DNA from: Escherichia coli
GTDB lineage: Bacteria; Pseudomonadota; Gammaproteobacteria; Enterobacterales; Enterobacteriaceae
Reading direction: 5' to 3' (one strand)
DNA: 64,000 nt
Assembly (NCBI RefSeq): GCF_965641715.1
Contig: NZ_OZ282453.1
Within the stretch, counting starts at the first letter, position 1; each line of letters starts with the position of its first letter. The position numbers and the translations under genes were made by a program. Positions 28,032 to 39,581 of this stretch are shown here, piece by piece. Under the pieces are notes generated by a model. That model saw only the letters and a program-made list of their open reading frames with translations. It was not told where the DNA came from and searched no databases.

Positions 28032-28375
28032 GTTGCCATCACCATGGGTTGGCTCATCGTAATGGCAATATCTCCACAAGCGGATAAAGAGGCTCTCAAT
28101 GTTCGATATCTACCAAATCACTATCACCACCACATCGAAATAAACGTTCACCGGCATGATGAATCGGAGCCAGCCTGAAATCGTTAATGGGTTCGAGGCA
28201 CTGGCGACCGAAACGGGCGAGTGGCTGTATTTCGCTCCGGCCGATGTGAAGTGCGTGCAGTTCACGCCAGTACCGGAAGAGCAGACCGAACAGCCAGAAG
28301 AACAAACAACGGAGTAACGAATGAGCAAACCGGACTGGGAGGCCATCGAAACGGCGTACCGGTTTGCTTTATAAA

Positions 28376-28891
28376 TTAAGCCACACGGTTTCCGATAGTT
28401 GCTGGAAGAGGGATCAAAATTTCCCAGAATGGCTGTTGGGAAAACGTAGTTCCAGCCCAGTAATGTTCAATTTGATAGGTATAAACGAGGCAGGAGTTAG
28501 CATTGTTCAAAAGTGCCATATCACCTCTGTGAATTAAATCTTCATCAGCCTCAACTTCATAAATTGGAGAGTGAGGGTTCCTGTATTGCGACCTAAAGGC
28601 GATGGCTCCTTCTAATGTTTCACACGCAAAAATGCATTCATATCTTGATGGTGCGGAAGGCCGCATTGCTCTTCTATAAAACTCTAGCCCCCAATCTATC
28701 GAAAAGTTGATATGTCCTGCTATCGCGTCGGCAGAAAGAAAATAGCCATCGCCATGCTTTGATACTCCGCGTGGGAAAAGACTATTAACCATAACTTGTA
28801 ACTCTAGTGGCTGAATAGATGGGGTGATAGGTCTAACCATCATTCCATGAGAGTAGTAATTACCTGAGTCAACTGTGTAGTAAGTGGTCAT
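28376..28891 (-). CDS. Hypothetical protein on the opposite strand between lysis and terminase genes (moron)
   Basis: Long minus-strand ORF (track 28376-28918); likely start MTTYYTVDSGNYY...; no recognisable family; head-to-head with terS. Confidence 0.55.
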   Translation of the reverse strand: MTTYYTVDSGNYYSHGMMVRPITPSIQPLELQVMVNSLFPRGVSKHGDGYFLSADAIAGHINFSIDWGLEFYRRAMRPSAPSRYECIFACETLEGAIAFRSQYRNPHSPIYEVEADEDLIHRGDMALLNNANSCLVYTYQIEHYWAGTTFSQQPFWEILIPLPATIGNRVA

Positions 28892-28911
28892 AAAATACCC
28901 AAGGAAAAACA

Positions 28912-29463
28912 ATGGCACTCACCGACAAGCAAGAAATGTTCTGTCGCGAGTACCTCATCGATTTAAACGCTACGCAAGCGGCTATTCGGGCGGGGTACAG
29001 CGCAAAGACAGCCAACCGTACTGCGTCCGAAAACATGTCAAAACCTGACATACAATTCAGAATCTCCGAATTGAAAGCGCAACGCAATGACTCTGTTGGA
29101 ATAAATGCAGAATATGTACTTAATCGCCTTATTGAAATCGACCAGATGGATGTGCTTGACATTCTCCTGCAAAACGGTGAGCTGAAACCCATCAAAGACT
29201 GGCCTAAGGTATGGCGCACAACGCTATCAGGAATGGATGTCGTGGAGATGGTATCCGCAGATAGCGCCGCACTTCTGAAGAAAATCAAATGGCCTGATAA
29301 GGTTAAAAATCTTGAATTGCTTGGGCGTCATGTTTCTGTTCAGGCGTTTAAAGACAACGTCAAAAATGAAGTTACTGGCGCTGATGGAGGACCAGTCAGA
29401 ACAGAAATTACCAACTTAACGCCGGAGCAGGCTGCAGAGGCGTATAGAAAAATGATGGGCTAA
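28912..29463 (+). CDS. Terminase small subunit
   Basis: 183 aa [30 protein letters not shown]...; N-terminal pattern typical of terminase small subunits; directly upstream of the large subunit. Confidence 0.8.
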   Translation: MALTDKQEMFCREYLIDLNATQAAIRAGYSAKTANRTASENMSKPDIQFRISELKAQRNDSVGINAEYVLNRLIEIDQMDVLDILLQNGELKPIKDWPKVWRTTLSGMDVVEMVSADSAALLKKIKWPDKVKNLELLGRHVSVQAFKDNVKNEVTGADGGPVRTEITNLTPEQAAEAYRKMMG

Positions 29464-29465
29464 GT

Positions 29466-31088
29466 ATGCCGTTACCATTTCCCTTCGATTTTAAACATCC
29501 TGATTACCAGATGGTTTTTGAATGGCGGATGGAACGCCTACAGCGCATTCGCCAGAATCCTGAAATATTGCCTGCACTAAAACAGTTTTACCGAACCAAT
29601 CCGGCTCAGTTCATCATCGACTGGGGCATGACAACGGACCCGCGTAATATTGATTATGGCCTGCCGGTGACCATTCCGTTTTTACTCTTCCCTAAGCAGG
29701 AGGAGTGGATCCACTGGATTATGGAACGCTGGGGCAATCGGGAGAATGGTATTACCGAAAAATCCCGTGAAATGGGGCTCAGTTGGACCGCGATCGGACT
29801 GGCCTGCTCGCTTTGTCTCTTCAACAAAGAAATGGTTATCGGTTTCGGCTCCCGTAAAGAGGAATACGTCGACAGCACCGGTGACCCGAAAGCATTGTTC
29901 TGGAAGGCGCGCAAGTTCGTGGAAACACTACCTGTAGAGTTTCGCGGTTCGTGGAGCGAGAAGAAGCACGCGCCATATATGCGTGTTGAGTTTCCTGAAA
30001 CTGGTGCCGTTATCAAAGGCGAGGCTGGCGATAATATTGGTCGTGGTGACCGTACCACGCTTTATCTGGTTGATGAGGCTGCATTCCTTCAGCGTCCTCT
30101 GCTGATTGATGCGGCGTTGTCACAAACGACGCGTTGCCGTATTGACCTGAGTTCAGTTAATGGCATGGCGAACCCGTTCGCTCAGAAGCGTCATGGCGGG
30201 AAGATACCGGTATTCACATTCCACTGGCGGGATGATCCTCGCAAGGATGAAGAGTGGTATCGCAGGGAATGCGAGAAAATCGATAATCCGGTGGTGGTGG
30301 CACAGGAACTTGATCTGAACTACAGCGCATCAGCGGAAGGCGTCCTGATTCCATCCGAATGGGTACAGGCTGCCGTTGATGCGCATATCAAACTGGGGAT
30401 CCAGCCAACAGGCAAACGACTTGGCGCGATGGATGTCGCCGACGAAGGCAGGGACAAAAATGCCTTTTCCACCCGTCATGGCTTCCTCCTGGAGAATGTG
30501 CGGGAATGGTCCGGTGTGGGCAGCGACATTTATCAGACCGTCGAGAAGGTTTTCGGCTTTTGCGAACAGGACAACCTCGAAGAGTTTCGCTTTGACGAGG
30601 ACGGGCTGGGCGCTGGCGTTCGCGGCGATGCACGCGCTATCAACGAACTGCGTAACGCTGCGCGTCGACCGTCAATACTCGCCACACCGTTTCGAGGTAG
30701 TGGCGCGGTATTTGATCCGGATGATGAAGCTGTTCGCGGGGACAACGGGCAAGCCGCACGTCTGAACAAGGACTTCTTCGCTAACGCCAAAGCCCAGAGC
30801 TGGTGGCGGTTACGTAAACTTTTCCAGAACACCTACCGTGCCGTGGTTGAGGGCATGGCCTACAACCCGGACGAAATCATCTCAATCAGCAGCGCCATGG
30901 CGAGCAAAGACAAACTCATCATCGAGCTGTCGCAGCCGACCTACTCCATTAACGGCGTGGGGAAAATCGTTGTTGATAAACAGCCTGACGGCACCAAGTC
31001 GCCGAACCTCGCCGACTCGGTGATGATCAGCTACGCGCCAATGAATTCAGCCCTGAACATCTGGGAGCTGCTAGGGAGACAGGCCTGA
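29466..31088 (+). CDS. Terminase large subunit
   Basis: 540 aa; size, position and overall ATPase/nuclease layout. Confidence 0.85.
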   Translation: MPLPFPFDFKHPDYQMVFEWRMERLQRIRQNPEILPALKQFYRTNPAQFIIDWGMTTDPRNIDYGLPVTIPFLLFPKQEEWIHWIMERWGNRENGITEKSREMGLSWTAIGLACSLCLFNKEMVIGFGSRKEEYVDSTGDPKALFWKARKFVETLPVEFRGSWSEKKHAPYMRVEFPETGAVIKGEAGDNIGRGDRTTLYLVDEAAFLQRPLLIDAALSQTTRCRIDLSSVNGMANPFAQKRHGGKIPVFTFHWRDDPRKDEEWYRRECEKIDNPVVVAQELDLNYSASAEGVLIPSEWVQAAVDAHIKLGIQPTGKRLGAMDVADEGRDKNAFSTRHGFLLENVREWSGVGSDIYQTVEKVFGFCEQDNLEEFRFDEDGLGAGVRGDARAINELRNAARRPSILATPFRGSGAVFDPDDEAVRGDNGQAARLNKDFFANAKAQSWWRLRKLFQNTYRAVVEGMAYNPDEIISISSAMASKDKLIIELSQPTYSINGVGKIVVDKQPDGTKSPNLADSVMISYAPMNSALNIWELLGRQA

Positions 31089-32554
31089 TGGCACGAAACA
31101 AGCAAGCCTCTCAGCGAACGGCACAGGCCACCGCTGATGGCTATGAGAACTTTGTCGCCCGCGTGGGGATGCAGACGCCTAACCAGCACTCAGCATCGAC
31201 CTACCGGGCTAACTTCACCAGCCGCAACCGCATGCTGGTGGAATGGTCCTATCGTTCGTCCTGGATCATCGGCGAAGCGGTCGACGCTATCCCGGACGAT
31301 ATGACCCGGAAAGGCATTCGCATCACTTCGGAGATTGACGCCAAAGACCGTGGCACCCTGGAAGCGCAGCTGGATGAGTTGCAGATCTGGGAGGCGCTGA
31401 ACGACGTGCTGAAATGGTCGCGTCTCTACGGCGGCGCGGTTGGCTTCATCATGATTGAGGGGCAGGCACCAATGACCCCGTTGCGGCTCGAAACCATTGG
31501 AGAAGGCAAGTTTAAGGGCATTCTCCCGCTCGACCGCTGGATGATTAACCCGGTGCTGACCCGCCGCATTAAAGAGATGGGGCCGGACCTGGGTAAACCT
31601 GAGTTTTACGACGTGGTGACCACTGCAACGGGCATCCCGGCCTGGCGCATCCATCACAGCCGCCTGATTCGCTTCGACGGGGTGACGCTGCCATTCCAGC
31701 AGAAGATGACCGAAAACGAATGGGGAATGTCGGTTGTAGAGCGTATCTGGGATCGGCTTACTGCGTTCGACAGCGCCACTGTCGGCGCGGCGCAGCTGGT
31801 CTACAAAGCGCATTTGCGTACCTACAGCGTGGAGAAGCTACGCGAGCTTATCGCACTTGGTGGTCCTGCGTATGAAGCGTTGCTGAAGAATATCGACCTG
31901 ATTCGACAGTTCCAGAGCAATGAAGGCATGACGCTCATGGACTCGCGGGATAAGTTTGAAACCCATCAGTACAGCTTCAGTGGTCTGGATGACATCCTTT
32001 CGCAGTTTGCAGAACAGATTAGTGGCGCTGTTGGTATTCCACTGGTGCGGTTGTTCGGACAGTCCCCGAAAGGATTTTCTACCGGTGATGCAGATCTTGC
32101 CAACTATTACGACCGCATCAGTTCGTTGCAGGAGAGGCGTTTACGTCTTCCGGTGCGTCGGATACTGGACATCATGCATCGTTCGGAACTTGGCAAGCCG
32201 CTCCCGGATGATTTCACGTTTGAGTTTAACCCGCTCTGGCAAATGTCTGATGTCGATCGCTCAACGGTGGCGTTAAACACCACCAACGCAATCAGTACGG
32301 CGCTGGGTGATGGTCTGATGACACTGAAAGCCGCTATGACCGATTTGCGCGAAAATTCTGACGTAACCGGCATCGGGGCATCCATTACCGATGAGGACAT
32401 AGAGAATGCCGAAGACGAAGCGCCGCCCGGCATCGGCGAACCTGATGACGAACCGCAGGAACCGTCAGGCGGAAATCCGCTATCGAACCAGCCTACGCAG
32501 GATAGCGCGGGCGGTCGGAGACATCGTAAATGGTCGCTACGATGGTTCAAATGA
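31088..32554 (+). CDS. Portal protein
   Basis: 488 aa immediately after the terminase large subunit with ATGA overlap; acidic C-terminus. Confidence 0.8.
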   Translation: MARNKQASQRTAQATADGYENFVARVGMQTPNQHSASTYRANFTSRNRMLVEWSYRSSWIIGEAVDAIPDDMTRKGIRITSEIDAKDRGTLEAQLDELQIWEALNDVLKWSRLYGGAVGFIMIEGQAPMTPLRLETIGEGKFKGILPLDRWMINPVLTRRIKEMGPDLGKPEFYDVVTTATGIPAWRIHHSRLIRFDGVTLPFQQKMTENEWGMSVVERIWDRLTAFDSATVGAAQLVYKAHLRTYSVEKLRELIALGGPAYEALLKNIDLIRQFQSNEGMTLMDSRDKFETHQYSFSGLDDILSQFAEQISGAVGIPLVRLFGQSPKGFSTGDADLANYYDRISSLQERRLRLPVRRILDIMHRSELGKPLPDDFTFEFNPLWQMSDVDRSTVALNTTNAISTALGDGLMTLKAAMTDLRENSDVTGIGASITDEDIENAEDEAPPGIGEPDDEPQEPSGGNPLSNQPTQDSAGGRRHRKWSLRWFK

Positions 32555-33179
32555 CAGTATCACGGAAATTATTGAGGCGCTGGAACGCTACAGTGAAATC
32601 ATCACCCCTTGGGCGACAAAGGTCGCGGAAAACTTTACTGCCGACATTGTGCGCAAGAATGATGAGCAGTGGCGTAAACACAGCAAAACCATCAGCCGTG
32701 AGCTCCGCAATCTGGTAAACAGTGCCCCGCCAGGGCAGGTGATGAAATCCATCGTTGCCGAACAGGTTAAGTACATCAAATCGCTACCCCTCGAGGCGGC
32801 TGACAGGGTGTACGACATCCAGAATCGGGCGATTGAAGCTGTTGTGACCGGTGGGAGAGCGGAACATTTTGCTAAAGAAATAGCAGCATCGGGTGATATA
32901 GCAAAGTCCAGAGCTGCCCTGATTGCCCGTACTGAACTTGGACGTGCAACCGGCGCGCTGGATCAGGCGCGTGCGCTGGCAATTGGTTCGAATGGTTATA
33001 TCTGGCGTACAGCCGAAGATGGTGATGTCAGGCATTCTCATCGGGAAATGGAAGGTAAATTTGTCGAATGGGGCAAACCTCCAACGCTTGACGGCATGAC
33101 AGGTCACGCTGGCGAGTTCCCGAATTGTCGCTGTTATAAAGAAATTGTTTTTCCCACCTCCCATTCTTACCCCGCCTGA
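32406..33179 (+). CDS. Head morphogenesis protein (Mu F / SPP1 gp7-like)
   Basis: C-terminal YIWRTAEDGDVRHSHREMEGKFVEWG...NCRCY motif; overlaps the portal 3' end so the true start is probably downstream of 32406. Confidence 0.7.
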   Translation: MPKTKRRPASANLMTNRRNRQAEIRYRTSLRRIARAVGDIVNGRYDGSNDSITEIIEALERYSEIITPWATKVAENFTADIVRKNDEQWRKHSKTISRELRNLVNSAPPGQVMKSIVAEQVKYIKSLPLEAADRVYDIQNRAIEAVVTGGRAEHFAKEIAASGDIAKSRAALIARTELGRATGALDQARALAIGSNGYIWRTAEDGDVRHSHREMEGKFVEWGKPPTLDGMTGHAGEFPNCRCYKEIVFPTSHSYPA

Positions 33180-33193
33180 ATCGCAGGTAACAC

Positions 33194-34414
33194 ATGAAAT
33201 ATTTTTTCAATACCCGGCTGGGGGAAACCCGCTATCAGCTGGCTGACGGCTCGTTGCTGTGCAAAGACGTGCCGATAGGACGAACAGGTAAGCAGCTCTA
33301 TGGTGCTGATGACCTGCCAAAACTGAAACCCGATAAGTTCGGTGAAATAGTCGTCACGCGTTCTCCTGAGCAGGTATTCCATCCCGCCACGCTTGCCTCA
33401 TTCGAAGGAATGAGTATCACGGTGTTGCATCCCGAGGATGAAAACGGGGATGTGCGGCTGGTGAATCCAGAGAACTGGAAAGAGCTCGCGGTCGGGCATC
33501 TTCAGAATGTCCGGCGCGGGACGGGTGTGCAGTCTGATTTGATGCTGGCTGACCTTATCGTCAAAGACGAAAACGCCATTCAGCTGATCGAAGATGGCCT
33601 GCGCGAAGTGTCGTGTGGCTATGACGCGGAATATAAGCAGACTGAGCCGGGTAAGGCTGAGCAGGTTGATATTACCGGAAACCATGTGGCTCTTGTCCCT
33701 AAAGGCAGAGCCGGAAATCGTTGTGCAATTGGAGACAGAGACACAATGGCAAATCAAAAGAAAAGCTGGTGGACCCGCATGCGCACGGCCATCAAAACGG
33801 GTGACGCTGACACCATGAACGAACTGGTGGAGTCGGCTCCCGCATCGGTTACAGGAGATGAGGGGGATTTGCCGCAGGGCGTTAATCTCAACATCAACCT
33901 GTCCCCGCAGCAACCGCTACCGGACAAAGCACCAGAGATGGGCGGAGGTCCAACCGGCGACAGTGATGATGACCTCAAAACATTACTGAAAGCCCTGCTG
34001 GCTAAGCTGGAAGGAAATGCGACGGGCGATAACGACAATAAGCCTGACGATAATCCGACCGGTGACGGCGAGGACGATGAAGAGGAAACCACGATTACTG
34101 GTGACTCAGCCTGGCGTGCCGAAGTTATCGTTCCAGGTATCGATCTGAGCCGTAAGATGAAACCGACCGCGTTCAAACGCGAGGTTCTGGCTTCTGCTGA
34201 CAAAACGCTGGTTCGCCAGATAGTCGGTGATGCGGATATCCGCAAATTACCGAAACAATCGGTCGACATGGCGTTTAATGCCGTGTCTGAGATTGCCAAA
34301 GGGCGAAACACCCGCGCCACCACCGGCGATGCACAGCGCCCAAACATGGGCATGACCAGTATCGCTTCCCTGAACAAACAAAACGCTGAATTCTGGGCAA
34401 ACCGTAAAGGGTAA
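33194..34414 (+). CDS. Head assembly protein (scaffold/protease-like)
   Basis: 406 aa with acidic low-complexity linker; position between head-morphogenesis and capsid genes. Confidence 0.45.
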   Translation: MKYFFNTRLGETRYQLADGSLLCKDVPIGRTGKQLYGADDLPKLKPDKFGEIVVTRSPEQVFHPATLASFEGMSITVLHPEDENGDVRLVNPENWKELAVGHLQNVRRGTGVQSDLMLADLIVKDENAIQLIEDGLREVSCGYDAEYKQTEPGKAEQVDITGNHVALVPKGRAGNRCAIGDRDTMANQKKSWWTRMRTAIKTGDADTMNELVESAPASVTGDEGDLPQGVNLNINLSPQQPLPDKAPEMGGGPTGDSDDDLKTLLKALLAKLEGNATGDNDNKPDDNPTGDGEDDEEETTITGDSAWRAEVIVPGIDLSRKMKPTAFKREVLASADKTLVRQIVGDADIRKLPKQSVDMAFNAVSEIAKGRNTRATTGDAQRPNMGMTSIASLNKQNAEFWANRKG

Positions 34415-34417
34415 AAA

Positions 34418-34924
34418 ATGAATAATGTATTTCTGTACCGGATGCCTGTTGGCATTGCCGGGGCCGTCTCTCGCCCGCAGGACTTAACCGTCGAACCGGT
34501 GGTCCTTAAATCCGATAACGCCTTCGCTGCCTATGGGCTGGCTGGTAAATACGATGATGACGGTTTTTTTGTACCGCTGGCAGATGGTGATACCGCAGAC
34601 AAGGTGAAGGGGATCTACGTGCGCCCTTATCCGACCATTTCGCAGCCGGACATGGTTCGCCAGGTGGGGAGTGGCAAGAACTTCCCGGGCGACGCCATGA
34701 AGCGTGGCTACGTGACCGTTAATCTCGGTTCTGATTTTGATGCCAGCACCATCAAAAAAGGCGACCCGGTATACGTTGTCGTCTCCACTGATGAATCCAT
34801 CAAAGTGCCGCTGGGTGGATTCATGTCCACGTCAGTCAGTGGCAAAAACGTGGTGCTGACCAACGCTGAATTCACAGGTGCCGGTGATGCTGACGGCAAT
34901 GCAGAAATTTCCTGGAAGATTTAA
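34418..34924 (+). CDS. Phage head structural protein (decoration/scaffold candidate)
   Basis: 168 aa directly upstream of the major capsid gene. Confidence 0.45.
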   Translation: MNNVFLYRMPVGIAGAVSRPQDLTVEPVVLKSDNAFAAYGLAGKYDDDGFFVPLADGDTADKVKGIYVRPYPTISQPDMVRQVGSGKNFPGDAMKRGYVTVNLGSDFDASTIKKGDPVYVVVSTDESIKVPLGGFMSTSVSGKNVVLTNAEFTGAGDADGNAEISWKI

Positions 34925-34935
34925 GGAACAGACGA

Positions 34936-35877
34936 ATGATTACTTTTGATCAGGCAACCGTTGACAGCTCTGGTGCCTTTCTCATCGGGGAGCTGGAGCG
35001 ACTCGACCAGACGCTGAACCTGCCACTGGTGGGGTACACCTGGAGCCGCGATATTCAACTGCGTGAAGACGTCTCCATCGCAGATGACATTTCCAGCTGG
35101 ACGAATACCAGCTTCGCCGCTGCGGGTACTGGCGCAAATCCGAATGGAAAAAACTGGGTAGGCAAAGACTCAACCGCTATTGCTGGCGTGAACGTGGATA
35201 TCGGCAAATCCGGTAACCCGCTGAACCTGTGGGGGATGGAACTTGGCTGGACGGTCATAGAATTGCAGGCTGCTCAGCAGGTCGGCCGCCCGATTGATAC
35301 GCAGAAGTATGACGGTATGCAACTGAAATGGCAGATGGATAACGATGAACAGGTATATGTTGGCGATTCAGCATTAAACCTGAAAGGCCTTGTTACCCTG
35401 GACGGCGTGCCTGTCAACAACGCTGCCAAAACGTGGGCAACCTCAACACCGGACGAAATCCGCGCAAGCATTAACCAGGTGCTGTCTGATGCGTGGGCCG
35501 CTTCTGGTTACTCTGTGGTTCCGCGTGATTTGCTGATCCCGCCTGAGCAGTTTGCTCTGTTGTCCAGCATTATCGTTTCATCTGCGGGTAACCAGTCCCT
35601 GTTGACATACCTTCAGACCAACACCATCAGCTATCACCAGAACGGTGTTCCGCTGAATATCCGCGCGGTTAAATGGCTGAAAGGCCGTGGTGTGGGGAAT
35701 AAGGATCGCATGGTTGCGTACACCAACGATAAAAAATACGTCCGCTACCCGCTGGTTCCGCTTCAGAGCGTGCCGGTGCAATATCGCGGTCTGTATCAGA
35801 TCGTCACTTACTACGGCAAGCTGGGTGCAGTCGAGCCAGTGTACAAAGAAACCATTTCGTACGTTGATGGCATTTAA
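34936..35877 (+). CDS. Major capsid protein
   Basis: 313 aa; position in the head module. Confidence 0.65.
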   Translation: MITFDQATVDSSGAFLIGELERLDQTLNLPLVGYTWSRDIQLREDVSIADDISSWTNTSFAAAGTGANPNGKNWVGKDSTAIAGVNVDIGKSGNPLNLWGMELGWTVIELQAAQQVGRPIDTQKYDGMQLKWQMDNDEQVYVGDSALNLKGLVTLDGVPVNNAAKTWATSTPDEIRASINQVLSDAWAASGYSVVPRDLLIPPEQFALLSSIIVSSAGNQSLLTYLQTNTISYHQNGVPLNIRAVKWLKGRGVGNKDRMVAYTNDKKYVRYPLVPLQSVPVQYRGLYQIVTYYGKLGAVEPVYKETISYVDGI

Positions 35878-35918
35878 CAGCCATATGGCCCCCTGGCGGG
35901 GCCATTAAGGATGACCCG

Positions 35919-36140
35919 ATGGCAAAAAATAATGCAGTAATACACGTACATACCCCGTTTGTGCTCACGCTTCCCGACGGTTCGCGGCGCGAGTTTGTTA
36001 AAGGCCGTCATGCTGTGGAGGAAGACGTTGCCACGCACTGGTTCACTCGTGCGCACGCGGAAGTATCCGTTGGCAAAGCCACAGACGCGCGTAACGAGGT
36101 AAAAAATGCCAAAGAATCAAAGTCTGCCAGCGGTAAGTGA
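35919..36140 (+). CDS. Hypothetical phage protein
   Basis: 73-aa ORF in the head-tail joining region. Confidence 0.4.
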   Translation: MAKNNAVIHVHTPFVLTLPDGSRREFVKGRHAVEEDVATHWFTRAHAEVSVGKATDARNEVKNAKESKSASGK

Positions 36141-36513
36141 TTTTCGCCGCGACTTCCCGCAGTTTGCTGACCCTGCCAAATATCCCGAAGCGCAAATCCA
36201 GTTTCGTCTGAATCTGGCCGATGAACTGCTGAGCGAAAACGTCACCAGCAAAAAGTTGTTTCCGTACTTTGCCGGATTGTTCGTTGCACACTACATGACG
36301 CTCTGGGCGGCAGACATCCGGGCGATGCTGGCTGGCGGGCCGGGCGGTTCAACCAATGGTGTTCAGTCCTCAAAGTCCGTGGATAAGGTAAGCGTCAGTT
36401 ATGACACCAGCGCGACGCTGAATCCTGATGCAGGTTTCTGGAATAACACCCGATATGGCGCTGAATTTTATCAGTTGATCACGATGTTCGGTGCAGGTGG
36501 TCGCCAGCTATGA
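36106..36513 (+). CDS. Head-tail connector/adaptor protein candidate
   Basis: 135 aa; position-based. Confidence 0.45.
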   Translation: MPKNQSLPAVSDFRRDFPQFADPAKYPEAQIQFRLNLADELLSENVTSKKLFPYFAGLFVAHYMTLWAADIRAMLAGGPGGSTNGVQSSKSVDKVSVSYDTSATLNPDAGFWNNTRYGAEFYQLITMFGAGGRQL

Positions 36514-37064
36514 GTTTCAAAAGCGGTGTAACAACGAGGGTGGATAACGCTAAGGCCATTCTGGATGCGCTCAGGTCGTTAACCAAAAAAGATGTGCTGG
36601 TCGGCATCCCTTCGGAAGACAGCGAGCGGGATGATGTTCCGTTTGGTAATGCGGGCATCGGTTACCTCAACGAATACGGCTCACCAGAGCAGAACATCCC
36701 GCCACGACCTCACCTGGTCCCCGGCGTTAAATCGGCAGAAGAGCAGACGGTGCCGCAGCTCAAAGCCGCGGCGCAGGCTGCACTTGATGGTAATGCTGCG
36801 GGAGCAGAAAGCGCACTCAACCGTGCCGGAACACTGGCCGCTAATGGCGTCAGGCGTTACATGACCATTACCGGCTTTACGCCGCTTGCTGACAGTACTG
36901 TTGAAGCCCGGGCTCGTCGGGGGCGCAAGGGGGCAACACTGGAACTTGCCCGGCGTGCTGCTGGCGAATCTCCGGGAACCGAACTGGCGAAACCATTAAT
37001 TGATACCGGGCAATATCGCAGAGCTATTACCCATGTTGTGAGGGATAAAGATGCCGACTCTTGA
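36510..37064 (+). CDS. Phage virion morphogenesis protein candidate
   Basis: 184 aa; tightly overlapping neighbours (ATGA junctions). Confidence 0.45.
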   Translation: MSFKSGVTTRVDNAKAILDALRSLTKKDVLVGIPSEDSERDDVPFGNAGIGYLNEYGSPEQNIPPRPHLVPGVKSAEEQTVPQLKAAAQAALDGNAAGAESALNRAGTLAANGVRRYMTITGFTPLADSTVEARARRGRKGATLELARRAAGESPGTELAKPLIDTGQYRRAITHVVRDKDADS

Positions 37065-37440
37065 TGTAACAGATGTGCTTTTTGACCCCGATTTTTGCGA
37101 CTTCAATTTGTGGGTAACACGCCGTGTGCAAACGGTGGATGAGGACGGGATCGGCAGCGACAGCGAAGTTAAAAAGCAGTTTGCCGGAGTCGTAACTGTT
37201 GATCGCTCTCTGGAAAACCGTCGTATGCAGGCCGGGCAGGTAATCAGTGGTGCAATTCTGATTGTGACGACTGAGCGACTGACGCAGGGACAGACTGGCC
37301 GTGATGCCGATATCGTGACGTATCAGGGCCGTGATTATCGTGTGACTTTCGTCGACCCGTATACAGCGTATGGTGCCGGATTCGTTCAGGCGCATTGTGA
37401 GTTGCTGCCGTTTGATGGGGGAATTCCGGTTGAGCAATAA
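37051..37440 (+). CDS. Phage head-tail joining protein candidate
   Basis: 129 aa; position-based. Confidence 0.45.
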   Translation: MPTLDVTDVLFDPDFCDFNLWVTRRVQTVDEDGIGSDSEVKKQFAGVVTVDRSLENRRMQAGQVISGAILIVTTERLTQGQTGRDADIVTYQGRDYRVTFVDPYTAYGAGFVQAHCELLPFDGGIPVEQ

Positions 37441-37978
37441 CACCAGCACAGAGCGCGGATGGCTGATACCAACCAGTGGCGATCCGGATTATGACGAAGC
37501 GCTCGACAGGCTGTTAAGCCAGTGGATGCGTAACGTTTCCGGTCTGTCTGCCGGGATGGTTCGTCCGCGCTGGCAGAAAGAGCAACCGCCACTGCTACCG
37601 GCTGAAACGAACTGGTGTGCGTTTGGGGTTATCGGATGGTCAGGTGATGACAGTCCGGCATTCACCAGACAGACCGATGATGGCTCTCAGCTCTGGCGGC
37701 ATGAAACGATTGAGTGTATGGCTTCGTTTTATGGTCCGGCGGGGATGGTGTATGCGTTCCGGTTTCGTGACGGTATATCTGTACCGCAGAACAACGCAGC
37801 ACTGAATGCGCTGGGGCTGTCTCTTGGCGATTACACAGGTCTGACTCCCTTCCCTGAACTTATTAATCAGCAATGGGTCCGCCGCTACGATATGACGGTG
37901 CGTCTGCGCCGGAAGGTTGTGCGCGAGTACGGTATTAAATCGCTGGTGGAAGCACCAGTCATCTTTTTCGGAGATTAA
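37370..37978 (+). CDS. Phage neck/tail completion protein candidate
   Basis: ORF overlaps the upstream gene; true start probably near 37440. Confidence 0.45.
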   Translation: MVPDSFRRIVSCCRLMGEFRLSNNTSTERGWLIPTSGDPDYDEALDRLLSQWMRNVSGLSAGMVRPRWQKEQPPLLPAETNWCAFGVIGWSGDDSPAFTRQTDDGSQLWRHETIECMASFYGPAGMVYAFRFRDGISVPQNNAALNALGLSLGDYTGLTPFPELINQQWVRRYDMTVRLRRKVVREYGIKSLVEAPVIFFGD

Positions 37979-37981
37979 GCT

Positions 37982-39127
37982 ATGGCACAGGGCTTGCCTG
38001 TATCAAACGTTGTTAATGTTGATGTGATCATGTCGCCGCGTGCAGCATCAGGGCGAAATTTTGGTGCATTACTCATTCTCGGCCCGTCCACAATCATTCC
38101 GGTAAGTGAGCGCATTCGCCGTTATTCTGCCGCGGAAGATATTGGAAAAGATTTTGGCGTGGAATCACCAGAATATAAGGCTGCGCAGGTGTTTTTCTCT
38201 CAATCAACGAAACCTCAGGAGGTTTTTGTTGGTCGTTGGGTGAAAACGAAGGGAGACAGCGAACAGGCCACGCCTGAGACGCTGGAGCAGGCTGTGAATG
38301 CCATGCTCGATTATACTTCATGGTATGGGCTGGGGATTGCAGACGATGAAGATATTCCGGATGCAGACTGGCTGAAAGTGGCTGCGGCGATCGAATCCTC
38401 TTCTGTAAGCCGTATTCTGGCGATTACGACAAGCGATGAGAAATGCCTGCAGACTGCATCCAGCGATGATTTGGCATCAAAACTGAAAACCGCCGGATAT
38501 TCACGCAGTTTTATTCAGTATTCATCGGGTAATAAATACGCTGCGTTATCTGCATTTGGCCGGGCATTCACGGTTAATTTCAATGGCAGTAATACCGCGA
38601 TTACGCTCAAGTTTAAGCAGGAGCCGGGTGTCGGGTATGAAACACTGACAGTCAGCCAGGCATCGGCACTTGATGCAAAAAACTGCAATGTGTTCGTGTA
38701 CTACCAGAATGATACAGCTATCCTCCAGCAGGGAGTGATGGCTAACGGCGATTTCTTTGATGAACGCCACGGCCTGGACTGGTTACAGAATTATGTGCAG
38801 ACCAACCTCTATAACCTGCTTTATACCAGCACCACGAAAGTTCCCCAGACTGAAGCCGGTATTACCCGACTGTTATCAAATGTAGAAAAATCACTGGATC
38901 AGGCCGTTCAGAATGGACTGATTGCTCCGGGCGTATGGAACGGTGGCGACCTTGGTCAGTTGTCATCAGGTGACACGCTGCCCAAAGGTTATTACGTATA
39001 CGCCCAGCCGCTGGATGAACAGGCACAATCAGAACGTGAAGCCCGTAAGGCTCCGGTGATTCAGGCTGCAATAAAACTTGCAGGCGCGGTTCATTACGCT
39101 GACGTACAGATTAACGTTGTTCGCTAA
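37982..39127 (+). CDS. Tail sheath protein (contractile tail)
   Basis: 381 aa followed by a 146-aa tube-size gene, chaperone pair and tape measure; baseplate V/W/J genes downstream imply a contractile tail. Confidence 0.6.
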   Translation: MAQGLPVSNVVNVDVIMSPRAASGRNFGALLILGPSTIIPVSERIRRYSAAEDIGKDFGVESPEYKAAQVFFSQSTKPQEVFVGRWVKTKGDSEQATPETLEQAVNAMLDYTSWYGLGIADDEDIPDADWLKVAAAIESSSVSRILAITTSDEKCLQTASSDDLASKLKTAGYSRSFIQYSSGNKYAALSAFGRAFTVNFNGSNTAITLKFKQEPGVGYETLTVSQASALDAKNCNVFVYYQNDTAILQQGVMANGDFFDERHGLDWLQNYVQTNLYNLLYTSTTKVPQTEAGITRLLSNVEKSLDQAVQNGLIAPGVWNGGDLGQLSSGDTLPKGYYVYAQPLDEQAQSEREARKAPVIQAAIKLAGAVHYADVQINVVR

Positions 39128-39137
39128 GGGGAAGTGA

Positions 39138-39578
39138 ATGTCTACCTATTCTTTTATGGATGTCACTGCGACGCTGACCGGCCCGACCGGTTCGATTGAC
39201 CTCGGGTACGGTTCTGCAAGTTCTGAAGAGGGGATTGTGGTTGCGATGGGCGGTCCTAAAAACACCATGATCATCGGTGCTGATGGCGAAGTGATGCACA
39301 GTCTCCATGCAGATAAAAGCGGGACGATCACCGTTAACCTTCTGAAGACATCACCGACAAATAAAAAATTGTCGCTGGCGTATAACGCACAGAGCCAGTC
39401 TTCTGCCACATGGGGGAATAACGTTATTGTGATCCGAAACAAGGTCAGCGGCGACATCATCACGGCACGTAGTGTTGCGTTCCAGAAACAACCGGATAAT
39501 GCCAACGCTAAAACCGGTAATACGATGCCGTGGGTGTTTGACTGCGGCAAGATTGACCAGGTTCTCGGGGAGTTTTAA
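39138..39578 (+). CDS. Tail tube protein
   Basis: 146 aa immediately after the sheath gene. Confidence 0.55.
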   Translation: MSTYSFMDVTATLTGPTGSIDLGYGSASSEEGIVVAMGGPKNTMIIGADGEVMHSLHADKSGTITVNLLKTSPTNKKLSLAYNAQSQSSATWGNNVIVIRNKVSGDIITARSVAFQKQPDNANAKTGNTMPWVFDCGKIDQVLGEF

Positions 39579-39581
39579 TAC

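Noticed and set aside
30376..30832. ORFs of 81-129 aa within and antisense to the terminase large-subunit gene
   Set aside because: Nested in a strongly supported 540-aa coding region; no independent start signals.
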